A stretch of DNA of 64,000 bases from Candidatus Marinacidobacterales bacterium (GCA_965219415.1 OZ244742.1:992001-1056000), one strand, 5' to 3'; positions 10,310 through 21,129 are shown, numbered from the stretch's first letter. The notes: a model not told the origin generated them from the letters alone. Made by a program: numbers and translations.

Positions 10310-11492
10310 ATGATTGAAACCACCGAGTTCTCCGCCGATCTGTCGAACGCGACGTTTTCTTTGCTGGGACACCCGCGTGTTCCTATCTCGGAGTGGAAAC
10401 AGAGGGTGCTACAACTGGAGAAGCGGTACGGCATGGAGGTTTACGCCAGTCTCCTCTTCCTCTTGACACACCAACCCTTCGAAGCCGAAGACGCCAAGCG
10501 GCACTGGGAGAAAGTTCTCGATGTCTGGGACGCCTTGAGCCGAGCCGTGACCTGGGAGATCGATATTCGAGTCGCAGTGCTTCACTATTTCCTCGAGGTT
10601 CAAAAGACTCTCGAGAATCCGACGATCGTCGAGATTCGGTTCCTGAAAAAAGTCCAGGACTCCGTTATCCTCGATGACCTTACACAGCTCTACAACTATC
10701 GCTACTTCAGAGACCGAATCGATCAAGAGGTCAAGAGGGCGGTCCGCTACAACTCAGCAGTTTCCCTATTGATGATCGACGCCGACGACTTCAAGCTGTT
10801 CAACGATCGGAACGGTCACGATCGCGGGAACATCGCACTCCAGCAATTGGCGCAGGTGCTGAAGGAAGCGGTTCGCGAGGTGGACGTTATTACCCGATAC
10901 GGCGGAGAAGAGTTCGCCGTGATCTTGCCCGCCACGCTGAAACGAGGCGCTCTCGTGGCGGCCGAGAAGATCCGTCTCAAGATGGAAGAGACCAGGATTC
11001 CGGGCGAGTCCAAGCTGCCGAACAAGAACCTAACCGTCAGCATTGGCGCCGCCTGCGTACCGACCGACGCCAACACTACGACCGATTTGATTCGGCAGGC
11101 CGATTCCGCGCTCTACAAAGCCAAACGAATGGGAAAAAATCGCGTCGAGGCTTGCTCCGAGGAACGACGCTCGTTCCGCCGGCGCGACGCAGCCTTGTTG
11201 GGACGCCTGCATCTTCCCGATGACAAGTCAGTGCCCTTTACGACTTCCCAACGTCAGCCCCGGTGGCCTGCTTATCAATACCAGGGAGACCTTGGCCGAG
11301 GGCGGCGTCGTCCGGGTCGAGCTCGATTTCGCGCCCAATGAACGGACCATTACCTTCACCGGCAGCGTAGCTTGGGCATCCGGTCAGGAGCCACATTGTC
11401 ACGCCGGTATCAAGCTTCTTCACGTTGAACCGGCCGAGCTTTACCATTTCAAGGAATACCTCGCCAACGCCTGGCCAGACACCGGCGAGTAA
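10310..11492 (+). CDS. Diguanylate cyclase (GGEEF) with C-terminal PilZ domain; frameshift near 11245
   Basis: DDLTQLYNYRYF, REVD I-site, RYGGEEF; then ERRSFRR (RxxxR) and NVSPGG (NxSxxG) in the 11220-11492 frame. Confidence 0.88.
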
Positions 11493-11607
11493 ATTCCTAC
11501 TCCCAGACACTTAAGTTACCCGCCGCCGTCCGGTGAGTCGGATAGTGCTGGACTCGCTCCGCTAACTATCTGTACACTCACTTGTCGAAGGAGCCTGAAC
11601 ATGCCAG

Positions 11608-11844
11608 ATGCGCAAAACCGATGGCTCAGTGATCTGCGTAGACGCGGTCCTGCCACCGATGGGGGATGTGGCGGGCACTCCCGCCAAGCTCCTCGACATT
11701 AACAAGCTGGGTTTCATTCCGGGTAAGGAGCGAACGCTGGAACAGTGGGAAGCTTTGTACAAGTCGGCAGGCTTCAAGATAACGTCGACCACACCGCTCC
11801 ACGACAACTTCGGGACGAGCATCGTAGAGGGGAAGAAAATCTGA
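11608..11844 (+). pseudogene. C-terminal remnant of a SAM-dependent O-methyltransferase
   Basis: LLDINKLGFIPGKERTLEQWEALYKSAGF resembles the O-MT C-terminus; no SAM-binding N-terminus. Confidence 0.6.
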
Positions 11845-11962
11845 ACAACTGAGCCATCGAGAACTGTAGATGTTCATCCGTTGTTCCGATGCAGCACCGA
11901 ATGGTACGCCTCTCGGCACGCCTCTCAACGGTGGTACATTCTAGGAAAAGCGGAGCCGATCG

Positions 11963-13696
11963 GTGCAGACCAGTCCTTACGAAGAATACCTTTCCCAGGA
12001 CGGTCCAGACCTCGACACGCGGGTAGCACTCATCCGGGAGGCCATCCGGGGGTCGATCGACCGGCGCCCGGACGAGCACGCCAACGACGCCAACGTCCGT
12101 CACATGGAGGAGTTCTTCGCCTTTCTCGAGGATCGCTTCCCCGGCGACAGGTTCCGAGCCGAGACGCAACCGATCCCGAAGCACCTGATCCGTACAACGG
12201 ATCGAAACTTCATCGTGACCGTGCCCGGACGGACAACGGAGCGGATCGTGCTGGTTGCACACTACGATACATGGGCCGGCTTCTCGCGGGACGCCCCTGG
12301 GGCGGACGACAACTCGACCGGCGAGGAGATGCTGAAGCAGTACATTTTGCGCGACCTTCGCTCCGACTCCCCTCCACCCCTAACGCACGTCTACTTCTTC
12401 GCCGGCTCGGAAGAGTGCGGGACCCGCGGCCTGCTCTCGCAGTTGGGGCTCACGGTGGGACTTTCTCTCATAAGCCTGAGTATCTCGACCGCGCTGGCAG
12501 GCGCAACGAAGGGGTCCTTGTTTTACTTCTTGGCATCGGTTCCGTTTCTTCCGTTGGCACTCTATCGATTTGGAATCACGGGAACGCGGTACTTCATCGA
12601 GAACCTGTCCGAGACAGAGAAGGCATCGATACAGGCCGCGATTGCGGTGGACTCGGTCGGCGAAGGCCGTTTGTACATTCCAGAGAACGAGATGGGTGCC
12701 AATTTCATCCGTGCCATATTTCCTTACGAGGGCTCGGAAAGGCTCAATGATCTACTGGAGGAAGCCGCCCACCTTCACCACATCCCTTACAGCCGCTTCA
12801 TCGCGGGCGGGACGACCGATAGCGTTGCGTTCTTGGAGGAAAGGCCGATATTGCGTCGACGACGGCGAGAAAAGCACATTCCCGCCGCGGCTCTCATTAC
12901 GATGTCACCCGGAAAATGCAGCCCGTTCGTGGCAGGCGGGAAACTTCATACCGCGCAGGACACCCCGGACCGGGTCTACCCCAAACCGCTAGCCGAAGTG
13001 ATGACCATTCTGGACTACGCCTTCGACATACTCGAAGGAGGCGAGCGACCGTCGCGTCCTCGTGAGATTTCCGCGCACCATTACGCACGCCTCTACCGGG
13101 AGGGGGATGAGCTGTTCGCGGCACTGAAGGACGCCGTCGAACCCAACCGGCGGAATATCAATACGATCTTTCGGGTGAGCGGCGATGTGTCCGGCTCTCA
13201 GGCCAAGCTCAAAGCCGGTGAAGTGCTCTCGTGGGGTGTCGAGACCACGCTGGACAAAGAAATGCGCGACGCTAGACTGAGGGCGAAGCGAGTCGCGGTG
13301 GATGTCTTAGAGCTCGAAGACAAAAAAACTGCCGTGCGCTTCGAAGCGCCGCGTGGTCTCGGAAGGAGACTAAGCGCTTTGTTCAATGGGCTGATCGGCG
13401 GATTCGAGCATCTCATGGGCCGTTACTCCTTCCTCGCCATGTTCGCAAGCGCCATCGTCGTCGCCTTCATCCCGACCTCGGCGCTCGAGTGGGCAGTGAT
13501 ACGCTACCTTGCGGTCGCCCGATTCGTCACCGACTATTATCTCGTGACCGTCCTCGGAGTGATTTTCTTTCAGCTTGCGGTACTCTTCCGGCTGTTCACG
13601 CGTGACCTACCCGTTTGGATGGACAATGCCTATTTCCACGAAAGCCGCGCCGACAACCTCGGAAGTCTACGCCGGGCAAGTTCTCAGCCTCGATAG
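11963..13696 (+). CDS. M28 family metallopeptidase with membrane segments
   Basis: VLVAHYDT, GADDNSTG, AGSEECG, TTDS, LHTAQDT. Confidence 0.8.
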   Translation: MQTSPYEEYLSQDGPDLDTRVALIREAIRGSIDRRPDEHANDANVRHMEEFFAFLEDRFPGDRFRAETQPIPKHLIRTTDRNFIVTVPGRTTERIVLVAHYDTWAGFSRDAPGADDNSTGEEMLKQYILRDLRSDSPPPLTHVYFFAGSEECGTRGLLSQLGLTVGLSLISLSISTALAGATKGSLFYFLASVPFLPLALYRFGITGTRYFIENLSETEKASIQAAIAVDSVGEGRLYIPENEMGANFIRAIFPYEGSERLNDLLEEAAHLHHIPYSRFIAGGTTDSVAFLEERPILRRRRREKHIPAAALITMSPGKCSPFVAGGKLHTAQDTPDRVYPKPLAEVMTILDYAFDILEGGERPSRPREISAHHYARLYREGDELFAALKDAVEPNRRNINTIFRVSGDVSGSQAKLKAGEVLSWGVETTLDKEMRDARLRAKRVAVDVLELEDKKTAVRFEAPRGLGRRLSALFNGLIGGFEHLMGRYSFLAMFASAIVVAFIPTSALEWAVIRYLAVARFVTDYYLVTVLGVIFFQLAVLFRLFTRDLPVWMDNAYFHESRADNLGSLRRASSQPR

Positions 13697-14428
13697 GCGA
13701 TAGTCTCGAAGCGCCGCATCATGGCCCAAAGAGCCGCCAACAACGTGACCGCACCGATCGACAAGTAGATCCACCATCCCCCGCCTCCGTTCGCGGCCTC
13801 CCAATACGCCTTGAAGGCCCAGTATGGCGGATAGACCCCGGCGAGAAATTGCCAGGGCTCGCGGATGAAATACGCCGCTAGAGGAATCAACCCCGCACCG
13901 CTAAAGGCTTTCATGATAGCGAAGGCCTGTACCTTACTGTCCGAAAAGGTAGCGATGAAAAGAGTCGCAATGCCACCCAGGACCGATCCCACCAGTGATA
14001 TCGGGAATAAGAGCTGCGACCGAAGGAAGTCCGACACCCACGATCATTGCAAACATCGCCGTAAAGACAGCCCCCAGAAAGATCGGAATACTCGAGTGAT
14101 AAAGCAGATAGTGTTTGAGAGAGACGGGAGACACCATCAAAGCCTTCAAGGTGCGGTCTTCCCGAGACTCGAGAAGTATGAATCCGATGATCATTCCGAT
14201 AAGCGGTGCCGCGGTGCCCAGAGCGGCGGAGCTCGCGATCAAGACCCAGTAGGGCTCCAGATCGAAACCATGGCGCGCGCGGAGAAGTTCAGTGACGGCG
14301 GGCAGGGCGAACCTCAACAAGACAGCCAGGCCCAGAACGAAGACGGGCATCCCTACCAGGAAACGATCCCTGGAAACCAACTTGACGTCGGTGGCTGCCT
14401 GGTGGCTCGCTAGTTCCAGGGCCCGCAT
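13684..14428 (-). CDS. ABC-2 exporter permease (fluoroquinolone-export type), frameshifted
   Basis: ORFs 13934-14428 and 13684-14037 join into one permease (ESREDRTLKALMVSPV ... KVQAFAIMK ... PPYW). Confidence 0.75.
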
Positions 14429-14431
14429 CGC

Positions 14432-15139
14432 TTAACGCCCGCCTCTCACGATGTACTTGGTGAACTCAGACTCGGCTAGCCGGTAGCCTGCCACCAGCGC
14501 AACGAAACTGTACACGACGGCGTAGACCCACTCCCAATCCGCAATCGGTTGGAAAGCGCCTTTCATCAACAGCAATGGCGCTTGAGTCGGGATGAGATAC
14601 CAGATGGGGTTCGGCCAAATATCCAAGGCATGAAGAAAAGGAAGCTGAAGGACCATGCCTGCGAGAATTGCCCCCGGTATCAGGAACTCCGTGACGGAAT
14701 CGTAGCGGACCACTTGCGCCGTCCCGACGAGCGCGTAGAGGGCACCCATGACGAGGACACCCGCCAGGAGTGGAGCTGCATGGAAGTCAGCGATCCCGTA
14801 TGCAAGGAGCAGGACGATGATGCTCTCCACCAGACCAAAACCGGCCAATGTCAAGACTTTGGAAAAGATGTATTCACGCGTCGGCAGCGGCGAGACGATC
14901 ACCGCGTCCAAAGTGTGCTCCCCTTTTTCGAAAAGCACCATAGCCGCTACGAACATGTAGGTCGTGCCTAGCAGCGCCCCCAGGAAGAAGACCGGCAGCA
15001 GCACGCGGATGACTTCCGGGTTCAGGAAGTACCTAGCCGCCAGCCCTACCACCAAAGCAACGCCTACGCCGACCTGATAAAGCTTGTTCCTCGACTGGAG
15101 CTGGATATCCAGCCGTAAGGTCGAAGCAAATCTATTCAC
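14432..15139 (-). CDS. ABC-2 exporter permease
   Basis: FEKGEHTLDAVIVSPL; multi-TM; coupled to the ATPase gene. Confidence 0.85.
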   Translation of the reverse strand: MNRFASTLRLDIQLQSRNKLYQVGVGVALVVGLAARYFLNPEVIRVLLPVFFLGALLGTTYMFVAAMVLFEKGEHTLDAVIVSPLPTREYIFSKVLTLAGFGLVESIIVLLLAYGIADFHAAPLLAGVLVMGALYALVGTAQVVRYDSVTEFLIPGAILAGMVLQLPFLHALDIWPNPIWYLIPTQAPLLLMKGAFQPIADWEWVYAVVYSFVALVAGYRLAESEFTKYIVRGGR

Positions 15140-16017
15140 GCAAGCGCTCTCCCGGTGACTTCGAGGAAGACTTCCTCGAGAGTGGTCTCCTGGCTGTGGA
15201 CGGTCTCCACGCGGTGCTCGCGGATCGTTCCAAGGAAGTCCTCGTTTTCGCCCAATCCGTCGAGCGGGAACTCACGGGTCTCGATGCCCTTCTCGGACGC
15301 TACCTCGAGCTTGATGGCACGGCTGCCGTAGCGGCGTTTGAGCGTCTTTGGCGCGTCGACGATCTTGAGCTCACCGTCGACAATAAAACCCACGCGGTGG
15401 CAGAGCTCATCCGCGACCATCATGTCGTGGGTGGTGAGAAACGTCGTTGTCCCACGCGACTGACGTTCCTGGACGATCTTTCGAATGTTCTTGGAATTCG
15501 CGGGATCGAGGCCGGTCGTTGGTTCATCGAGAAACCACAGCCGGGGCCGGTGCAAAAGGCTGCGCGCCAAGTTGAGCCGATTCTTCATACCCTTGGAGAA
15601 CTGGCCCACCGGAACGTCGATCTCCTCCTCGAGCCCGACCATTCGCAGTAGGTCCACCGGCTCTTCCGCCTCGCTATTGTACAAGGCTCGAAAGTATTCG
15701 AGGTTCTCCCTGGCGGTGAGCTTGAGATAGTGGTTTGGAAATTCGAAGGACACCCCGATCGACTCGTAGTAATCGAGGCCCCAGTCTTCTAGCTCCTTTC
15801 CCATGACGCGGACATCCCCCTGAAATCCCTTCAGAATCCCGATCAAAATGTTCTGGATGGTGGTCTTCCCTGCCCCGTTCGGCCCCAAGAGACCGAAAAC
15901 TTCGCCGTCCTTGATCTCGAAGTCGACGTTTCGGACCGCGGGTTGCTGGCCTGCGGTGTATGTGAAACTCAGATTCTTGGCCTCGATCAAGGCGATCTCA
16001 CTCTCCGTGGGTGGCAA
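15136..16017 (-). CDS. ABC transporter ATP-binding protein
   Basis: GPNGAGKTT, FSKGM, FLDEPT, TTH. Confidence 0.95.
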   Translation of the reverse strand: MPPTESEIALIEAKNLSFTYTAGQQPAVRNVDFEIKDGEVFGLLGPNGAGKTTIQNILIGILKGFQGDVRVMGKELEDWGLDYYESIGVSFEFPNHYLKLTARENLEYFRALYNSEAEEPVDLLRMVGLEEEIDVPVGQFSKGMKNRLNLARSLLHRPRLWFLDEPTTGLDPANSKNIRKIVQERQSRGTTTFLTTHDMMVADELCHRVGFIVDGELKIVDAPKTLKRRYGSRAIKLEVASEKGIETREFPLDGLGENEDFLGTIREHRVETVHSQETTLEEVFLEVTGRALA

Positions 16018-16858
16018 TTACCGAATCCGATTTGACGTGTAGATCGCGCTGAGGAAACGGTATTTGGATGTCGTGGCGACGAAACGCCGCGTCAATGGCG
16101 TAGTTGAGACGGCTCTTCAATTGAAGGTGCCGGGGAGGGTTGTCGGTCCATACCAGGAGCTCGAAGTTCAACGATGAGTCCCCGAACTCGGTGAATCTCA
16201 CCTCCGGAGGTGGCTGTCGGAGCACACCGTCGTCGGCAGAGGCAACCTGGTAGAGGGTCTCGGTCACCAGTTCCACATCGGACCCATACGCCACTCCAAC
16301 CGGTACGTGAATCCTGACCGTTGGATCCCCGTGGGACCAGTTAATGACCGGCTGATTGATGAACTGCGAGTTCGGGACGATGATGGAGATGTTGTCATTG
16401 GTCACGATGGTCGTCGAGCGAAAGTGGATGTCGACGACATTGCCCTCGACGTTCTCGATGGTAACCCGATCGTTGATTCGAATCGGCTGTTCCAGCAGGA
16501 GCACCAGTCCGGAGACGAAATTGGAGACCACGCTCTGGAGACCGAATCCGATACCGACGCCTAGTGCACCGGCCACCACCGTCAGCGCCGTCAGGTCGAT
16601 CCCTAAGAGCTCGAGTGCAATGAGGAGCCCCACCATCCAGACCGAGTACTGAACGACTCGGATGATGACGAATCGCGGCGCCGGGTCGACTTTGACCAGA
16701 ACGTGATCTCCCAGTAACCTGCGCGCCGAGCGGGCGAGGTATCGGGTGATGAAAAGGGCGATGGCGAACAGCAAGATATGCTGAAGGGTTATGTTATTGC
16801 CTCCGACTTGCACGATTTGAAAGTTGAGAATTTGGTTCCATCGTTCAATCCATTCCAT
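15998..16858 (-). CDS. MscS-family mechanosensitive channel
   Basis: GALGVGIGFGLQ..NFVSG, IIVPNS, VGVAYGSD, IPFPQRDLH. Confidence 0.93.
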   Translation of the reverse strand: MEWIERWNQILNFQIVQVGGNNITLQHILLFAIALFITRYLARSARRLLGDHVLVKVDPAPRFVIIRVVQYSVWMVGLLIALELLGIDLTALTVVAGALGVGIGFGLQSVVSNFVSGLVLLLEQPIRINDRVTIENVEGNVVDIHFRSTTIVTNDNISIIVPNSQFINQPVINWSHGDPTVRIHVPVGVAYGSDVELVTETLYQVASADDGVLRQPPPEVRFTEFGDSSLNFELLVWTDNPPRHLQLKSRLNYAIDAAFRRHDIQIPFPQRDLHVKSDSVIATHGE

Positions 16859-16976
16859 AGCGTCCCTCGTTTAGCCTAATGGGTTGGCGCTATTCTACTG
16901 TTTCCGGCGGCAAGAGTGGTTCTAGACTAGGGGGGGCCCTCACACTACCTGGGAACAAAGCAACGGGAGGCTTTAC

Positions 16977-17271
16977 TTGGAGCTAGTACTGTTGGGCTTG
17001 GCTGCGCTCGCGGTGGTTCTCACTCTAACCGCAGCGACGTTGGGGTTACTGTGGGCGGCCTTCAAGCTCCTCTTCTTCCTTGCTGCTAGTCCCGGCAAAG
17101 CTTCTGGGGGCGCTGGCTGGAGGTATGGCGGAGCTGGTGTTGTTTCCGGTCAAGTTGCTGATGCTGCTTTTCCTTCTGGCGTGCCTCGTTGTCGGCCTAG
17201 TGGTATTGCCGCTTTTTTTGCCGATCCTGTTGATCTGCGCGGCGGTCTACGCACTTGCCGCGTGCCTCTAG
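16977..17271 (+). CDS. Small hydrophobic membrane protein, frameshifted
   Basis: Two overlapping hydrophobic ORFs (16977 and 17080) after a GGAGG RBS. Confidence 0.5.
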
Positions 17272-18392
17272 TCCGACGGTAGCTCCATTCGCAATTTGAG
17301 CCGCTTCATCAAATCGGCGCGCGTCACGATCCCGACCAACGTCTCACCGTCCATGACCGGAATCAACGTATCGTCGCTCACAACCATGGAAAGCAACCGG
17401 GTGGCGTCGTCCTCAGGAGATACGACCTGCCTGAAAACGTCCTGGCGCATGACCTCCCTCGCCCGCACCTGATTCCACCGAGAGCGCTCGACAGCTTGGA
17501 TCTCTCGAAGCCCGAGTAGACCCACCAGTCTGTTGTTTTCCAAGACGGGGAGATTCGTGGTCCCGCTCGGCAGAACCACCCCATCGACGATCTCCTCGAG
17601 AGTCGCCTCCGGAGACACCGAGAGCACGTGCCGGTTCATAAGGTCTGCGGCCCTTACACCTTTTAGAACGTCCTTCACCAACATCTGCTGGTAACTGGCG
17701 CGTGCCGCGTTGCGAAGAAAGAGTCCGATGAAAAGATACCAGATGCCCCCGATGAGATTTCCAAAGGGTAGAACGTAGACGAGGCCCAGCAGCATGATAA
17801 GCACGCCAAATCCGGAACCGACGATGCTGGCGGTACGAGTCGCGTATCGAAGATTCCCCCAAATTCCCCATAGCAAGGCCCGCAAGACCCTTCCGCCGTC
17901 CAAGGGGAACCCCGGCACCAAGTTGAAGACCACCAGGATCGCATTCATTAGGGCCAGATACTTCACGACCCCTAGCACCGACTCGTCAAACCATCCCAGG
18001 CCGAGGGAGTACAAGCTACCGAAACCGACGGCCAGCGCGACACTCATCGCAGGACCCGCCACGGCGACTTTGAGCTCCGCCTTCGCACTGGGTGGCTCAT
18101 CGAGCATCTCCGCTGCACCGCCGAAAAAAAACAGCGTGATCCCCCGCATCGCAATCCCTTCACGGAGAGCGACCACGGCATGTGACAGCTCGTGGGCGAG
18201 CACCGAGCCGAAGAGAAGCATCGCAGAAGCGAGACCCATCACGATCCACGTCGGCCATCCCAGGGCTGGGTGGTCACGCGAAAATGTGACGCCCAAGGTG
18301 GCGGTCAGCAGCACGACGATGACCAGCCAGGAAAGGTCCACCTTGATGGGGATCCCGAAAATGGTCGCGACCCGGAAGGAACGCCCGATCAC
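17268..18392 (-). CDS. Site-2 protease (M50) with CBS domains
   Basis: HELSH, AGP, FNLVPGFPLDGGR, CBS pair; likely GTG start at 18392 overlapping the upstream TGA. Confidence 0.92.
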   Translation of the reverse strand: MIGRSFRVATIFGIPIKVDLSWLVIVVLLTATLGVTFSRDHPALGWPTWIVMGLASAMLLFGSVLAHELSHAVVALREGIAMRGITLFFFGGAAEMLDEPPSAKAELKVAVAGPAMSVALAVGFGSLYSLGLGWFDESVLGVVKYLALMNAILVVFNLVPGFPLDGGRVLRALLWGIWGNLRYATRTASIVGSGFGVLIMLLGLVYVLPFGNLIGGIWYLFIGLFLRNAARASYQQMLVKDVLKGVRAADLMNRHVLSVSPEATLEEIVDGVVLPSGTTNLPVLENNRLVGLLGLREIQAVERSRWNQVRAREVMRQDVFRQVVSPEDDATRLLSMVVSDDTLIPVMDGETLVGIVTRADLMKRLKLRMELPSD

Positions 18393-19888
18393 AGTCGGTT
18401 CGATCTCCCGGGCTTGCGGCTGAGAGGTGGGTCGACGACCTTGAGGAGCGTTCCGGCCTCGACGGGATCCTCCGGCTCTAGATTGTTGAGCAGTGCTAGC
18501 TCTTCGATCGACTCGTCCCCCGCTCCTGAATCCAAAAACGCTTTCCTTGCGGTCGTGTTGCCCGGCACAGAATAAAGGACAATGCGATGGGGCTGGATGT
18601 CGAGCGCTCGACGATCGGAGAGACGAGCAAAGCTTTCGATGACGGCAAGAAAGGTGTTCCGATAACTTCGGTAGCGTTGTTCGTAGGTATAGCCCAAGAT
18701 TTCGTAGGCGGTTTCCCCGTCTACTACGAAGCCAGCCTGCCCGGTGAGCACGCCTTGCGATGACTGGACACGAAAAGGAGCCCGGTAAGCCGGAAACCCG
18801 CCGACTCGGATCCGCTCGCCGGTTCCGAACTCGACGATCTTGTTTTGTTGGAAAAAGCGGGTAGCGTATTGTTCCGGCCACGTTCCTTCCTCTACCGGCG
18901 TCCCAGTAAGCTGAAGAGCGGCGTCACGCTCGGGAGGAGCGGAGTAAACGGCCCGGGGCGTGTTCTGAACGTTCCAACCCGTTGGGAAGTCCAACTGGAA
19001 GCGCAAATCGGGGTGCTTGAATCGATTCCCGTCCATGAATCCTTCGCGAGGGTTCTCACCGAAGATGACTCCTTCGAGACGTCGCTTGAACTCCTCTTCC
19101 TTTACCACCAGCGACCGATTCCCCGCCTGCGCTTGGACCAACTGGAGTATGTGCCCCTTCCGATCCTCAGGATCGGGGTGAGTGGAGAGCCAACCGGGCA
19201 TATCGTTGCCTGACCGTTCTCCCATTCGGTCGAGGACGTCGAAAAAAGCGGCCATCGCGGTGGGGTCATATCCCGCCGCCAACGAATAACGAACCCCAAG
19301 GGTGTCGGATTCTCGCTCGTCGTCCCGGCTGAACTTCCGGAACCACACACCCACTCCAGTTTGTAGTAAGTCCCCGAAGGGCCGTACCTCCGGTACCACG
19401 ATCGACCCAACCCCTAGGCCAATTCCCGCTAACTGAGCCCGAGAAATCTGCTGCACACTATGGCGAGCTGTGATGTGCCCAATCTCGTGTCCAAGAATCC
19501 CCACCATGGCCGCTTCGCTGTTCATGTAGGCGAGAATGCCGCGCGTCAAGTAGACGTACCCGCCCGGAATCGCTAGGGCGTTGACCACTGGCGAGTCGAG
19601 GACCTGAACCTTCCACGGCAGATGCGGCCGTTCGGCGTTTTGGGCGAGCCGGAGCCCGATGTCGGAGACATAGGAAGCCAACTCGTCATCGTCATAAAGG
19701 CCCATGCTCCGGGTCACCTGGCGATCGCCGGACGCGCCCATCTCGATTTCTTGCGCTTCGCTGACCAGGACCAGGTCTTTCTTGCCCGTCGCCGGGTTCG
19801 TCGCGCAGGCGAACGCCGAGAGGAAGATGACGCCGAGGGAGGAGAGCTTCAACCAGCTTGGGTACGACGGTGGGACGGTTTTGGCCAT
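18389..19888 (-). CDS. M48 family (BepA/YfgC-like) metalloprotease lipoprotein
   Basis: Lipobox FAC-ATNPATG, NALAIPGG, HEIGH, ERESD, STHP; LysM-like tail. Confidence 0.9.
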   Translation of the reverse strand: MAKTVPPSYPSWLKLSSLGVIFLSAFACATNPATGKKDLVLVSEAQEIEMGASGDRQVTRSMGLYDDDELASYVSDIGLRLAQNAERPHLPWKVQVLDSPVVNALAIPGGYVYLTRGILAYMNSEAAMVGILGHEIGHITARHSVQQISRAQLAGIGLGVGSIVVPEVRPFGDLLQTGVGVWFRKFSRDDERESDTLGVRYSLAAGYDPTAMAAFFDVLDRMGERSGNDMPGWLSTHPDPEDRKGHILQLVQAQAGNRSLVVKEEEFKRRLEGVIFGENPREGFMDGNRFKHPDLRFQLDFPTGWNVQNTPRAVYSAPPERDAALQLTGTPVEEGTWPEQYATRFFQQNKIVEFGTGERIRVGGFPAYRAPFRVQSSQGVLTGQAGFVVDGETAYEILGYTYEQRYRSYRNTFLAVIESFARLSDRRALDIQPHRIVLYSVPGNTTARKAFLDSGAGDESIEELALLNNLEPEDPVEAGTLLKVVDPPLSRKPGRSNRL

Positions 19889-19925
19889 GGGGATTGGCCC
19901 TTCAGATGTTCCTAGACATTCTTGG

Positions 19926-20255
19926 TTATTCTTGGTCGGGCGATTCAGGCTCACTCGGCGGCGAGAGCACTCCCGCCCCCTTCACGAGCGCCGAGAACAG
20001 CATCGGAGCGCCCCAGCCAGCGATCTGCCCGAGCGCCCGGGCGAACATTGCGGGGCGCCTCACAATGAAGATGCCGAGCACCGCCCCTGCTCCAGCCATC
20101 AGGACCGGATGGCGACGCACGACGTTCACCGGATTGAAGCTCTCGTTTATGCGAGTCTCCATGGCGGAAAGGTCGGCCTCGATCCGAGCCCGATTGTTAG
20201 CGAGCGACTGCCGGAGCTCGCGAGCGGTTTTTCTGTCCCCGTTCTTCCCGCTCAC
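19926..20255 (-). CDS. DUF3618-like small protein
   Basis: Coiled coil + RRHP + TM; typical neighbour of YtxH/holin-like genes. Confidence 0.55.
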   Translation of the reverse strand: MSGKNGDRKTARELRQSLANNRARIEADLSAMETRINESFNPVNVVRRHPVLMAGAGAVLGIFIVRRPAMFARALGQIAGWGAPMLFSALVKGAGVLSPPSEPESPDQE

Positions 20256-20686
20256 TCGTTACCCCCCGTCTCGCCTGTCGAGTTTGTCGGGCCGCGAACC
20301 TGCAAGAGCCAGAATCCGGCGACCATGTAGACCCCCCCCAGCACCAACAGCACGGGTGACCATGAGCCGAGCCAGCGGTGTAGCAGCAAAGCCATGCCGC
20401 CCGTGGCAAGCCCACCGCCGGCAGCCAAGAAGGCGACGGCAATCACGGTGCGAACCGCGTCTTCTCGGAAGCGGCCGAGCTCTTCCTTGAGCGAGGCTCC
20501 GACCAGATTCGCTCCGTCCTCGACCGCTTGCACCACGCCGACGAGAATCCGCCGCGCTAGTTCGAAAGTGGACGGGTCATCGGAACCGGGGGAATCGGGA
20601 GCGGACTCCGCCTGAGCTTCCGGCGTCGTCTGTTCCAATTCAGGCGCGTCGGACACTTCACGCACCGTAGTGCCGGGTTCCCGCAT
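20252..20686 (-). CDS. Holin-like / YqjE-type two-TM membrane protein
   Basis: Two TM helices after a charged N-terminus; operon context. Confidence 0.55.
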   Translation of the reverse strand: MREPGTTVREVSDAPELEQTTPEAQAESAPDSPGSDDPSTFELARRILVGVVQAVEDGANLVGASLKEELGRFREDAVRTVIAVAFLAAGGGLATGGMALLLHRWLGSWSPVLLVLGGVYMVAGFWLLQVRGPTNSTGETGGNE

Positions 20687-20689
20687 AGC

Positions 20690-21013
20690 TCAGTTCTTGG
20701 AGAAGCTGCGGGCCGCCTTCTTCACGCCGTCCGACGCCTCGCCGTAGGCCTCCTGGCTGGTGCGCGCCGCCTTCTTTACTCCTTCCGACGCCTCGCCAAA
20801 GGCCTCCTGGCCTCGGCCATAGGTCTCTTCCCCCTGCTCGCGGAGCTCGGACAAAGCGCCTTGCGCTTTGTCCCTAAGCTTCTTACCTTCCTCCGCCAAC
20901 GTATCCTGTAGCTCCTTCCGAGCCTTGGGTGCCAACAGAAGGGCTCCCATGACTCCGATAGCGGCTCCGACGAAAAAACCGACTAAGAAATTGTCTCCAC
21001 TGTTGTTCGACAT
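20690..21013 (-). CDS. YtxH domain protein
   Basis: FLVGFFVGAAIGVMGALLLAPK followed by a helical repeat; AGGAGG RBS. Confidence 0.85.
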   Translation of the reverse strand: MSNNSGDNFLVGFFVGAAIGVMGALLLAPKARKELQDTLAEEGKKLRDKAQGALSELREQGEETYGRGQEAFGEASEGVKKAARTSQEAYGEASDGVKKAARSFSKN

Positions 21014-21077
21014 GACGTCACCTCCTTGCTCGAGCAAGGTTAATAATAGTCTCCGCTTCCGTTATTCCCTCTCCCTT

Positions 21078-21129
21078 CCGCCTTCGCTGAAAGCTCCGGC
21101 GGACCCGCCGAAGTCCTTGACGTAGGCGG
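21078..21129. repeat. REP-like palindromic element, copy 1 (intergenic)
   Basis: CCGCCTTCGCTGAAAGCTCCGGCGGACCCGCCGAAGTCCTTGACGTAGGCGG, homologous to 45268-45324; sits inside a CCTCTCCC/GGGAGAGG stem. Confidence 0.7.

Noticed and set aside
10190-10310. Possible c-di-GMP riboswitch upstream of the cyclase (ACCGCAAAGCGGT hairpin)
   Set aside because: The other conserved elements of class I or II aptamers are not recognisable
18393-18881. 163-aa N-terminal extension of the M50 ORF
   Set aside because: Overlaps the M48 gene in another frame; GTG at 18392 gives normal coupling
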